From assembly GCF_001194135.2 (NCBI RefSeq), contig NC_068988.1, positions 23,825,645-23,889,644 of the forward strand: 64,000 bases of DNA, read 5' to 3'. Source of the stretch: Octopus bimaculoides. Lineage: Eukaryota. Of the stretch, positions 53,081-64,000 are shown one piece after another. Position 1 is the first letter of the stretch. Each line of letters opens with the position of its first letter. The position numbers were made by a program, and so were the translations under genes. The notes under the pieces were generated by a model, which was given only the letters and a program-made list of their open reading frames with translations, was not told the DNA's origin and searched no databases.

Positions 53081-54554
53081 TGATTTTGATCACCTATCCT
53101 TTTGGGATACGATATTCGGGTGCCTACGCATAAGTACCATATTCAACCTTGAATCTATATCTAAACCGTATATANNNNNNNNNNNNNNNNNNNNNNNNNN
53201 NNNNNNNNNNNNNNNNNNNNNNNNNNNNNNNNNNNNNNNNNNNNNNNNNNNNNNNNNNNNNNNNNNNNNNNNNNNNNNNNNNNNNNNNNNNNNNNNNNNN
53301 NNNNNNNNNNNNNNNNNNNNNNNNNNNNNNNNNNNNNNNNNNNNNNNNNNNNNNNNNNNNNNNNNNNNNNNNNNNNNNNNNNNNNNNNNNNNNNNNNNNN
53401 NNNNNNNNNNNNNNNNNNNNNNNNNNNNNNNNNNNNNNNNNNNNNNNNNNNNNNNNNNNNNNNNNNNNNNNNNNNNNNNNNNNNNNNNNNNNNNNNNNNN
53501 NNNNNNNNNNNNNNNNNNNNNNNNNNNNNNNNNNNNNNNNNNNNNNNNNNNNNNNNNNNNNNNNNNNNNNNNNNNNNNNNNNNNNNNNNNNNNNNNNNNN
53601 NNNNNNNNNNNNNNNNNNNNNNNNNNNNNNNNNNNNNNNNNNNNNNNNNNNNNNNNNNNNNNNNNNNNNNNNNNNNNNNNNNNNNNNNNNNNNNNNNNNN
53701 NNNNNNNNNNNNNNNNNNNNNNNNNNNNNNNNNNNNNNNNNNNNNNNNNNNNNNNNNNNNNNNNNNNNNNNNNNNNNNNNNNNNNNNNNNNNNNNNNNNN
53801 NNNNNNNNNNNNNNNNNNNNNNNNNNNNNNNNNNNNNNNNNNNNNNNNNNNNNNNNNNNNNNNNNNNNNNNNNNNNNNNNNNNNNNNNNNNNNNNNNNNN
53901 NNNNNNNNNNNNNNNNNNNNNNNNNNNNNNNNTATATATATATATATATATGTTAGTACCCAGCTGTGACAATCTTAATCAGGTATCATCACAGCGATCT
54001 ATTTGAGCCATGATCATTTTGAAGGAGAATAATACCATATTTTGAAACTCTAAATGGAAATGACTACTGAACATATATAACATAGAGTGTCCATGAGTAA
54101 CGGTACTTTCAAGAAAATTACTATGGAAGATGAAGTGCTCGAGATTGTGACGGAAGATTTATGACGGTGTTCACTTACCTTCACAGTTCTATTCTGCCGT
54201 TCTTTTTCTTATGTTGCACAACATTTCCATTATAACCAAATGCACTCGGATTCAGAGAGTAAACATGTAAGTAAATATAACGTATGTGAGATTAAATCTG
54301 TTCTCATAAAAATATATTTGATATATTTTACTTTGTGAACATGCGAAACGGCAGTTAATTGTACAGAACAATTTCCTTACTAGTAATGGATACATAATGC
54401 ACAGCTTTCTAGAAACCCAAGCACAACATAAAAAGTCCCTTCTCTCCTGTCCCATCACGAAAATATTATGCGACGAATATCGAGTTTATTATGCGGATGA
54501 AATAGTTACAAGATATAAATCTAATAATTGTTTCTGGTTCCGACACAATCCCAT

Positions 54555-54690
54555 CGATTTTGTGTGAGTGAAGGTGGGATTATTGATACTATCGACCACA
54601 AAAACTCAATTGGTACAGTATTTTAGGACCCTGAAAGGATTGTAAGCAAAGCTAACCTTTGCGAGATTTGAACTCGGGATGTCAAATGCT
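54555..54690 (-). mobile_element. Degenerate family-A SINE
   Basis: actatcgacc...attggtac...ccctgaaaggat...gatttgaactc motifs. Confidence 0.55.
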
Positions 54691-54719
54691 ATAACAAATT
54701 TTCCCAGGTATTCGTTGAA

Positions 54720-55768
54720 AGGAAAAAAAGGCAGAACAGGTGGAGGCAGAAGTGGAAAAGGCGCTGAGGGAACGATCAAAGGAGAAAACGTATATAACCA
54801 AAGGAAGAAGATATGGGACAATGAACAGTAGAGGAAGCGAGGAGGCTGGCGAGTGTGGCGGTGAAAAGAGAGGAAGTAGTGCTTATGTCCACATACCTTG
54901 GAAGAAAGACTTCCAAAGTGAGGGTAGAAGCAATTCCACCGGATATAGAAGTGGCTTGAGTGGCAGCAGCTGTCTTTGTTGGAAGCGAGGAGAAGGTGGC
55001 TGTCCCACAAGCCACAGACACGGAAGAAGAAGGGTGGAAAGAAACGTAAGACGGAGGAGGGTCAACTAGAGAACTTGGCAGAAACGGTGACGTTGGGGAA
55101 ATCGTGCTGAGGGTGTGGGTAGAAGGTAGAGTAACACGTTGATTTAAATGTAGCCAAAAGGGCCACATTAGAGAATACTGCCCTCTACAGATGACAATGG
55201 CTGAGGAAAGAGTTGTGGGGACGGAAGAGAGAAGAGGGGAAGAAAAGACAGACGGAGGAAAGGAGGAAAAGGAGGAAGAATGGAATGTTACAGAGAACAG
55301 AAGGAGAAAGAGAAAAAGAAAAAACACTAAGTATGATGTGGTACCCCAATCCAACTATATCCAACCCAAGACCACTCAGACGCACCCTCCCCATTCAGAC
55401 ACCAAACCAACCCACCCCATTTCTCCACAATAAATGACAAAGAAAAAGAAAGAACAGACACCACAAAATTTAGAGATCCCCCCACCCCAGTGAAAAAGAT
55501 TACGAATGCATGGCGGAGAGAATGAGGTCACTAAGTGATGGAGAAAGGGGAAAAAGGATTGGATTGAAGGAGAAAAAGGACTTAGGACCCAGAGGCGGCG
55601 AGTGGTGTTACTCAATGTGGGGTTATCATATTTTAATTTGTTTTTCATATTCATGTGTTATTCATTATATCATATTTTATTTTTACATTTTTAATTGTTA
55701 TATGTCCCCATATGTGTTGTAGTATCCCCCTCTGTGTAATGCCTTTGTGGCAATTTAAAAGAAATAAA
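54720..55768 (+). mobile_element. Decayed retroelement with ORF1/gag-like zinc-knuckle pseudogene and LINE-like 3' end
   Basis: Frame from ATG 54885 reads MSTYLGRKTSKVRVEAIPPDI...VWVEGRVTR*FKCSQKGHIREYC, a CX2CX4HX4C knuckle at 55140-55181 whose first Cys is now TGA. An acidic/basic stretch follows. Three stops; ends in ...ggcaatttaaaagaaataaag. No RT motifs seen. Confidence 0.65.
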
Positions 55769-56200
55769 GGAGCTTGCTTCCCAACCACATGGTTCCGGGT
55801 TCAGTTTCATTGTGTGGCTGTTTGAACGTCTGCTACGAAAGCCTTCTGCTATAGCCTTGGGCGGACCAAAGCCTTATGAGTGGATTTGGTAGGCGGAAAT
55901 TGAAAGAAGCCCATCGTATACATACATACATACATACATACATACACACATGCATACACACACACACACACATATATATATATGCACAAACACACATATG
56001 TGTGTGTGTATTTGTGTGTCTGTGTTTGTTCCTCCAACATTACTTGACAAACGATGTTGGTATGCTTACATCCCTGTAACTTAGCAGTTTGGTAATCGTG
56101 ACCGATAGAATAGGTACCAGGTGAGTAGTGAAATCGATGAAATCGATACTCCTCTTCCCCTGATATTGCTGGCCTTGTGTCAAAATTTGAAACCAATATT
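55768..56200 (+). mobile_element. Family-B SINE with a family-A3-type tail
   Basis: B head and body with internal (CATA)n/(CA)n, then gtaccagg...atcgatgaaatcgat...attgctggccttgtgtcaaaatttgaaacc. Confidence 0.75.
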
Positions 56201-56743
56201 CAGAGAGCCTCACTGGATAATGTTGGTCTAATTACAAAAATACGAAAGAAAGCAAAAGATATTGCTGTGATGTTTTCTGAATTGTAAGAGTCCTCGATCA
56301 ATCAAGTTTGACCTGAGATAATACACATAAATAAATAAAAGCAAAAAAGGAAAAGAAAACTAGACAACGTCTTGATACAAGCATCGACTCTTCTGTTTTA
56401 ACTTGAAACGGAAGAGAGTGTGACAGCATAAGTCGTTATACCAGGGAGAAGTAAGAATTTATAATTGCGACATTCTCATGTACGATCCGTGACGTTTATG
56501 ACATAAACCACCTGTTAGTTAAATAACACCAGGCAGTATAAACAATGTTTAAACAGTGAGAGTAAAAAGAAAGTGTAAATGACAAACAAATTGGACAGGA
56601 ATTTTTGCAAGTCATGATACTTAATTATAGTTTGAAATGTATGTTCAACGGTTTCGTTTTTGTGCAATTTTAAAAGTACTCACAGAACAAAAATCTCTGA
56701 ACTACATGAAAATATTTGAAGATAATTCAGATGATGATAATGC

Positions 56744-56792
<49 letters not shown>

Positions 56793-56798
56793 ACACAC

Positions 56799-56829
<31 letters not shown>

Positions 56830-56852
56830 TATTTTACATACACATAGGGCGT

Positions 56853-57148
56853 ACATTATTTACATTTGATGGATATTTGTCCTCATCTTGTTTGTTCTTA
56901 ACACAACGTTTAGGCTGATATACCGTCAAGCCTTTATCAGGTGTCTTGGGGAAATTTCGAACCTGGGTTCTCATTCCTAAGGTATTTTTCGATGTTATTA
57001 TATTCCAGTGGGCATATGGCGTAGTGGTTAAGAGCGCGGGCTACTAACCCCAAGATTCCGAGTTCGATTCCAGGCAGTAACCTGAATAATAAAAATAATA
57101 ATAATAAAAATAATAACATCGATAAATACCTTAGGAATGAGAACCCAG
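56853..57148. mobile_element. Family-D element: inverted pair of truncated copies (tRNA-like head, (AAT)n, hammerhead-like module)
   Basis: 39-bp arms 56963-57001 and 57110-57148 (1 mismatch) flank a tRNA-like cassette with A-box TGGCGTAGTGG (57017-57027) and B-box GAGTTCGATTC (57060-57070). The hammerhead-like module lies on the minus strand at 56900-56945. Confidence 0.8.
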
Positions 57149-57159
57149 TACTTGTTTTT

Positions 57160-57285
57160 CAAGCCTGTTACTTATTCTGTTTTTTGGGTTTTTGACGAAC
57201 CGATAGGTTACGGCGCCGTAAACACACCAAAGACGGTTGTCAAGCGGTGAATGGGGTGGGAATCAGACACAAAACACACACACAC

Positions 57286-57339
<54 letters not shown>

Positions 57340-57460
57340 GATGGGCTTCTTTCAGTTTCTATCTACCAAGTCCACACACAAGGCTTTGGTCGTGCCGAAG
57401 GTGCCACGCAGTAGGACTGAACCTGGAAGCTTGTGATTGGGAACCGAGCTTCTTACCACA
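57160..57460 (-). mobile_element. Family-B SINE, degenerate
   Basis: aaggtgccacgcagtaggactgaacctgg, cacaaggctttggtc and an internal (TA)n. Confidence 0.8.
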
Positions 57461-57896
57461 TATATTGTCACAATGCTCAACACAAAAGTCAGTGAGGTAT
57501 TGAGTTTTTATCCGCCTCAAAGCTGCGATGAATAAATCTTTAAGAAAATATGCAAGATTGTGCATGCATTTGCAAGTAAAAATATTTTATGCTAAAATGT
57601 TTCGAGTCAGCAACCACTGAAAATGTTATAATAACACCAAAACATGACTGGACTTGTCTTCCATAATTATCAGAAAACTAAGAAAATAATTACAAATCCT
57701 GCAAAAGTGTCAATTTTTTTTCACCGAATATTTATTTCAAGCTGACGTTTTAATCATGTATCTATTAAATAAACTGACACTAACTTACTGCATTATCGAT
57801 TATTCAATGTATGTATGTATGTGTGTATGTATGCATGTGTGTATGCATGTGTGTATTTATCTATATGTGTGTGTATGTATGAGTGTGTGCATGTAA

Positions 57897-57953
<57 letters not shown>

Positions 57954-58773
57954 AATATATAAACATATATACATATATAAATATATAAACGTATAATTAT
58001 ACATGCTTACAAATATGTATACGCATATATATACACATATATATATATACTTATTTATATATACATATATAAATATAAATATACATATACCGGTGTATGT
58101 GTGTGTATGTATGAGTCCACAAACACACACACANNNNNNNNNNNNNNNNNNNNNNNNNNNNNNNNNNNNNNNNNNNNNNNNNNNNNNNNNNNNNNNNNNN
58201 NNNNNNNNNNNNNNNNNNNNNNNNNNNNNNNNNNNNNNNNNNNNNNNNNNNNNNNNNNNNNNNNNNNNNNNNNNNNNNNNNNNNNNNNNNNNNNNNNNNN
58301 NNNNNNNNNNNNNNNNNNNNNNNNNNNNNNNNNNNNNNNNNNNNNNNNNNNNNNNNNNNNNNNNNNNNNNNNNNNNNNNNNNNNNNNNNNNNNNNNNNNN
58401 NNNNNNNNNNNNNNNNNNNNNNNNNNNNNNNNNNNNNNNNNNNNNNNNNNNNNNNNNNNNNNNNNNNNNNNNNNNNNNNNNNNNNNNNNNNNNNNNNNNN
58501 NNNNNNNNNNNNNNNNNNNNNNNNNNNNNNNNNNNNNNNNNNNNNNNNNNNNNNNNNNNNNNNNNNNNNNNNNNNNNNNNNNNNNNNNNNNNNNNNNNNN
58601 NNNNNNNNNNNNNNNNNNNNNNNNNNNNNNNNNNNNNNNNNNNNNNNNNNNNNNNNNNNNNNNNNNNNNNNNNNNNNNNNNNNNNNNNNNNNNNNNNNNN
58701 NNNNNNNNNNNNNNNNNNNNNNNNNNNNNNNNNNNNNNNNNNNNNNNNNNNNNNNNNNNNNNNNNNNNNNNNN

Positions 58774-58824
<51 letters not shown>

Positions 58825-60459
58825 TACATATACATATATGCTGGATCAGCAAGTATTGAATACATTTCTGTTTCCCTTTTGCTGAATCAGTATTGAATTT
58901 AGAAGACACACTCTGTATTTTTATTCCATTCACATATTCTGTTATCCATCTTTCCTCCCCAATCGCGCATAAAACATTACAGCAGATGCGATAGTCAAAG
59001 TGCGTGGGTTCATAATAGAAAACAACGTTATACAGATATTATTGGTGCAAAGAAATTGCTGTGTGGTATTTAATATTTAATAAGCCGTTTTATATCATCC
59101 GATAACTGCGAGAAATGTTTTGTTTACCATAAAGAAAAAAATTTGATTGCAAAATAAAAATAAATGAATAAATAAATAATAGACAAATAAATGAATGAGA
59201 AACTGTTGGTTAAATGGTTAAAATATAATTTTCCACAGAGATACTCAATATTGAGATATGAGAATTTCTACAATATATATATATATATTTTTTTTTTACT
59301 AAAGACGAATGTTTTGTGGTTTCTAAGTTATTTTATCTTTAATAATAAAAGGAAGACTATCTTTTTATTGCTTGGATATATTTCTAGTTTAGGTACACTA
59401 AATAAATAACACTTTCAACATCCAGTATTGAGTACACTTTCATCCACTTGTTTCCAACATCGTTTATATGCATGCTCGAAAGTATACTTTTGAATCTGTA
59501 TTATTGCTACGTATTTTCGAATTTATATCCGTTATTTATACTTTTAGGTATTCATACCCACACACTCACACAAATATATATACTTCGATTATACACACAA
59601 ATATATATTCACGGATATAGGTTAGGTATATCTTTAGCTTATGTATATATTTTTAATGCCCCGCGCCTGAGATTCCCAGTTATAACTTGAGATTAATATC
59701 ATACTAAACGTCTGTTTTGTTAGATCTGATTATTACACAATCCATCAGACTACCGCAAAAAAATTTCGCAAGAAATCTCCATAATTACTTTAAAGAAGTA
59801 GAGTTCTCAAATCGAAGCTGTAAATTTCCCTGTCGTTTTTTCCGTATCTTGAACTTACATCACATAAAAGAAACAAATGTAAAACTACAATATATTCAGA
59901 AACTTCTGAATCTTTCCTATAATGTATTTGGACATTTAGAGAAAATGTTTCATTGCTATTTATAATTCAATTTCTCGTGAACACAATGTCAAGAATGCAC
60001 TCAACTTTTAAAATAAATCATGTGAAGAAGAGCGGTTTAGCAGCTAGGGTGTTACACTCATGATCGCCAGATTGCGATTTCTAATCCTGGCTCGAGCGTG
60101 CGTTCCTTTCTTGAGCAAAATACTTATTTCACACCAATCAGCTATAAATGAGCAGCCATGCGACAGAACTTTTGTCCGTGAGAATGTTCTGATTTCGGTC
60201 GCGTATACGCCATGGGTCCTCGGATTCGAGGTAATTTTGTGTAGAAGATTTAATTTTTCTTCTTTTAATTATTTACATTCGACGGAAATAATGAAAATAA
60301 GGTACATAATTCCTCATCTCTTAAATATAGAACTTAATTTTCCTTGTTTTTGTTTTGTACAGAAGAACATACGCACAAAGAAAAAACAAACAAACAATGT
60401 ATCAATTATAAATTTAACAGAATAATTTTGATGTACAGATACAATCGTTTCTAAATTTT

Positions 60460-61500
60460 ACCTTCGTATTCTTCTACAGTGGGGCACTAAAAGTGGTTTC
60501 AAATTTTGGCACAGACCAGTGCTTTCGGGGGAGTGGGTACGTGGATTAATGATAGTCATCAAAAATATCCTGTTATTGTTTGCTAGAAATCTACTTTTCG
60601 GAACTCCTTTGTATACAAGATTCTCTCCCATCATATGCATACATCTTCAGATAGCACGTATATCATCGACCCCGGAAGAACGAGAGGCAACATCAACCTC
60701 GGTGGAATTTGAACTCAGAATATAAATATGGATGAAATAATGCTAAATATTTTTGCCCGGCATACAAACGATTCTGCCAGTTCACCACTTTTAGGGCTCT
60801 AAATTAATCCTTTCTAGTAAAGCCACAAGGCCTGAAATTTTGGGGGAGGGAATTAGTCGATTACATTGACCCCACTGTTTTACTGGTACTTAATTTATCG
60901 ATCCCGAAAAGATAAAAGGTAAAGTCGACCACAGTCGAAAGGTAAAGTTGAACTCAGAACGTAAAGATGAAATGTTGCTAAGTATTTTACTTGAGGTGTT
61001 AACGATTCTGCCAGCTCGCAGCCTTTGAATGTAACTAAATAATGAAAAAAATTATCGCAATATATTTTCATTTACTTTCCTACTCTAGAAACAAGGTCCG
61101 AAATGATTGGAGAGGGGGCCAGTCGATTAGATCGATCCTAATACGCAACGGGTTCTTAATTAATCGACCCCGAAAAGGATGAAAGGTAAAACCGACATCG
61201 GTGGAATTTGAACCCAGAACGTAGAGACAAAATGCCTCTAAGCATTTTGCTCGTAGTGCTAACGATTCTTATTTCTAAATTGCCCATAAGGGGCTAAACA
61301 TAGAGGGGACAAACTAGGACAGACAAAGGGATTAAGTCTATTACATCGACCCAGTGCGCAACTGGTATTTAATTTATCGACCCCGAAAGGAGGAAAGACA
61401 AAGTCGACCTCGGCGGAATTTGAACTTAGAACGTAACGACAAACGAAATACTGCTAAGCATTTCGCCCGGCACTCTAACGATTCTGCGAGCCCACCGCTT
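60460..61500 (-). mobile_element. Cluster of four family-A SINEs in the same orientation
   Basis: Units ~60490-60790 (interrupted), 60800-61022, 61078-61268 and 61270-61499. Confidence 0.8.
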
Positions 61501-62287
61501 TTGAAGATACTGAAATAATGCAAAAATATTGTAAGGTATGAGACAGAATCTCATCAAATTTATTGCAATATATTTTCATTTACATGAAACAATTCGTATA
61601 CAATTAATTACTTGTCTTTTTCTAATTTAAACCCTTTTCTTTTCATATTTTTTTCCTAACACCCAAAATAGTTATTTTGTTCTAATGAAATGTCATAGTT
61701 TTTGAATTCAAGTTATCATTATACATTAATGTATAACTTCTTAAATTGCAGTGACAGCAAAGTCTATTCAACAACATTTATAAATTTAGCAATTTAATTT
61801 AATGTATCTAAATATTTTGTTTTGGTACCGACAGCAAATTCTTATATAAAAAGCGCGTATTGTATTTAAGGAAAAAATATTTTTGTATCTTAATCAAAAC
61901 ACTAAGCCATTGGGTCTTATAAATATTTAACTGAAAAAAGGTATACTCCGTTGTTCTTTTAGTAAATATTTATCGTAAATACTAGAGATAAAAATTTCTT
62001 AAAATAACAGAATTGTTTTACAATAAATAGTTTTAAAATCTAATCAATCATTAGAGCAATAATAATTATCGTAACGAAAATAAACTTAAAGTAACTGACA
62101 ACAATTAATAATAGTCATCGAAAATATCCTATTGTTATTTGCTAGAATAATCATTTTTTAAAACTCGATTGTATACAAGATTCGCTTCCATCATATACCC
62201 GTCATCACACTAGTTTCCACGCTTAAATAAACCATTCTATTATGAAATATATTTGATATATTAATCTTTTGGTTTTATATAAATAGA

Positions 62288-62331
<44 letters not shown>

Positions 62332-62384
62332 CACACACACAAACACACACATATAAATATGCAGGCATGGAGAGGTGCAGGTGT

Positions 62385-62612
62385 AACTAAGCGCAGGCGT
62401 GGTGATGTGGAAAGAAGTTTGCTTCCGAACCACACGGTTCGGAGTTAAGTTTCACTACATGGCACCTTGGGCAAGTGTCTTCAGTATAGCCTCGGGCAGA
62501 CCAAAGCCTTGTGATTGAATTTGGTAGAAAGAAACTGTAGGAAGCCTGTATTGTATATATACACACAGACATACATACATATACATATATGCATGAGTGT
62601 ATACATATATGC

Positions 62613-62653
<41 letters not shown>

Positions 62654-62738
62654 GACACACATACACACACACANNNNNNNNNNATATATACACACACACA
62701 GACACACATACACACACACAAACACACACACACACACT

Positions 62739-62776
<38 letters not shown>

Positions 62777-62905
62777 CGTGTGTGCGTGTGATTATATATG
62801 TCCGTGTTAGTTCCCCAGCACCGCTTGACAATCAGTGTTGGTATGTTTACGCCCACGTATCTTAGTGGCTCGGCAAAAACGTCAGATAGAATAAGTACCA
62901 CACTT
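62385..62905 (+). mobile_element. Family-B SINE with expanded internal microsatellite
   Basis: catggcaccttgggcaagtgtcttc...agaccaaagccttgtg, then (TA/CA)n with gap 62674-62683, then ttagtggctcggcaaaa...agaataagtacc. Confidence 0.85.
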
Positions 62906-62914
62906 TAAAGAGTC

Positions 62915-63140
62915 TTGAAGGTGGCGCTTGGCTTAGGTGTTAGCGTGTTGCACTCACGATTGCGAGATCGCGGTTTCGATTCCCAGACCGGGCGTTGCAA
63001 TCATTACGTCATCTGACACGTGGCACATTATGCACCTGTACAGGTAATGTCGATATGATGGTGGGAGTGAGCTTATGTGAGCACAAACATTCGATCAATA
63101 TAAACAAATCATCTTTGTGGTCGTCTAACGGCAAAAGAAT
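62915..63140 (+). mobile_element. tRNA-derived SINE (family F)
   Basis: Head tggcttaggtgttagcgtg...gatcgcggtttcgattcccagaccggg with A/B-box-like motifs. Confidence 0.55.
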
Positions 63141-63150
63141 CCGTGATATA

Positions 63151-63392
63151 CAGTAATCACTCGACTATCGCGGACGTTACGTTCGATAACATCCTGCGAT
63201 AGGTGAAAATCCGCGAAATGGAAACAGTACTGTACTATATAGATTAAAAAATTATTTTTATAATTTGTATATAGTTATTTGATTATAAATTGAAAACAAC
63301 ACGGAGGCATCGACGTAAGCTTAAATAATAAAATAATAAACCACGATAGGTGAACCGTGATAGGTGAACCGGGATATGGCGAGGGATGACTG
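63151..63392. mobile_element. Tc1/mariner-superfamily (Tigger/pogo-like) MITE, TA TSD
   Basis: ta|CAGTAATCACTCG...CGAGGGATGACTG|ta. TA at 63149-50 and 63393-94. Subterminal gataggtgaa motif occurs three times. Confidence 0.8.
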
Positions 63393-63397
63393 TATAC

Positions 63398-63453
<56 letters not shown>

Positions 63454-63469
63454 CACTTACTGTATCGAC

Positions 63470-63628
63470 AACCTGATATTACCGCTGGCTAGGCGAGCAG
63501 GTGGACATTCTACCTGCCTGAATAGACAACATTCTATTGCATTATGATCTATTTACACCGGCCTGGGAATCGAACCCATGGTCATGCAATCGTGAGCACA
63601 ACACTAACGATTACGCCAGGCGCCTTCA
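63470..63628 (-). mobile_element. tRNA-derived SINE fragment
   Basis: ccggcctgggaatcgaaccc reads gggttcgattcccaggccgg (B-box) on the minus strand. Confidence 0.55.
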
Positions 63629-63732
63629 TATTTATACACACACACATTGTCCCCCCTCTCTCTCGGTCTATCTCTCTCACATGTATATTAACATGCATGT
63701 AGATATATACTTATACATAGATATACACACAT

Positions 63733-64000
63733 GTTGGCACTCCGTCGGTTACGACGACGAAGGTACCTGTTGATCCGATCAACGGAACAGCCTGCTCGTG
63801 AAATTAACGTGCAAGTGGCTGAACATTCCACAGACACGTGTACCCTTAACGTAGTTCTCGGGGAGATTCGCCGTGGGACAGTGTGACAAGGCTGGCCCTT
63901 TGAATTACAGGTAGAACAGAAACAGGAAGTAAGAGTGAAAGAAAGTTGTGGTGAAAGAGTACAGCAGGGTTTGCCACCATCCCCTGCCGGATCCTCGTGG
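63733..64000 (-). mobile_element. Family-E retroposon 3' portion, runs off the window end
   Basis: Tail matches 46020-46152 and 27773-27794. Confidence 0.8.

Noticed and set aside
57010-57082. Functional tRNA gene
   Set aside because: A and B boxes are present, but the acceptor stem does not pair, the apparent ACT anticodon is atypical, and it is embedded in a repeat. It is a tRNA-derived head.
3233-62901. Most long ORFs in the supplied track
   Set aside because: They run through N-gaps or dinucleotide microsatellites (HTHT, CVCV, YIYI, RERE), which lack stops by construction.
1-64000. CRISPR array, rRNA or prokaryotic operon
   Set aside because: No regularly spaced repeat-spacer array, rRNA motif or gene-dense segment. 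The SINE arrays are eukaryotic retroposons.

Overview
AT-rich, repeat-saturated animal nuclear DNA from a fragmented draft scaffold, with 22 N-gaps totalling about 8.1 kb, almost all flanked by microsatellites or high-copy repeats. The repeat content looks like an octopus/cephalopod genome (inference from recalled repeat families, not a database result). I find no supportable protein-coding host gene, rRNA, true tRNA or CRISPR array, so the window behaves like a large intron or gene desert. It contains: several tRNA-derived SINE families (often in head-to-tail arrays); 3' remnants of R4/Dong, RTE and CR1/L2 LINEs; a decayed zinc-knuckle ORF1-like retroelement; a mariner remnant; and at least seven MITE-like insertions, plus one long perfect inverted repeat. 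The most interesting signals are: (1) a tRNA-promoter-headed small repeat carrying a degenerate minimal hammerhead-ribozyme-like module, found twice in inverted arrangements; (2) an apparently ORF1-only retroelement whose 3' end matches the tail of the commonest SINE; (3) an 8-bp-TSD MITE carrying telomeric TTAGGG repeats; (4) recurrent SINE-into-SINE junctions at the same position; (5) a CCAAT/GC/TATA promoter-like cluster near 1.2-1.6 kb. Family labels A-F are my own working names, and most repeat boundaries are approximate.
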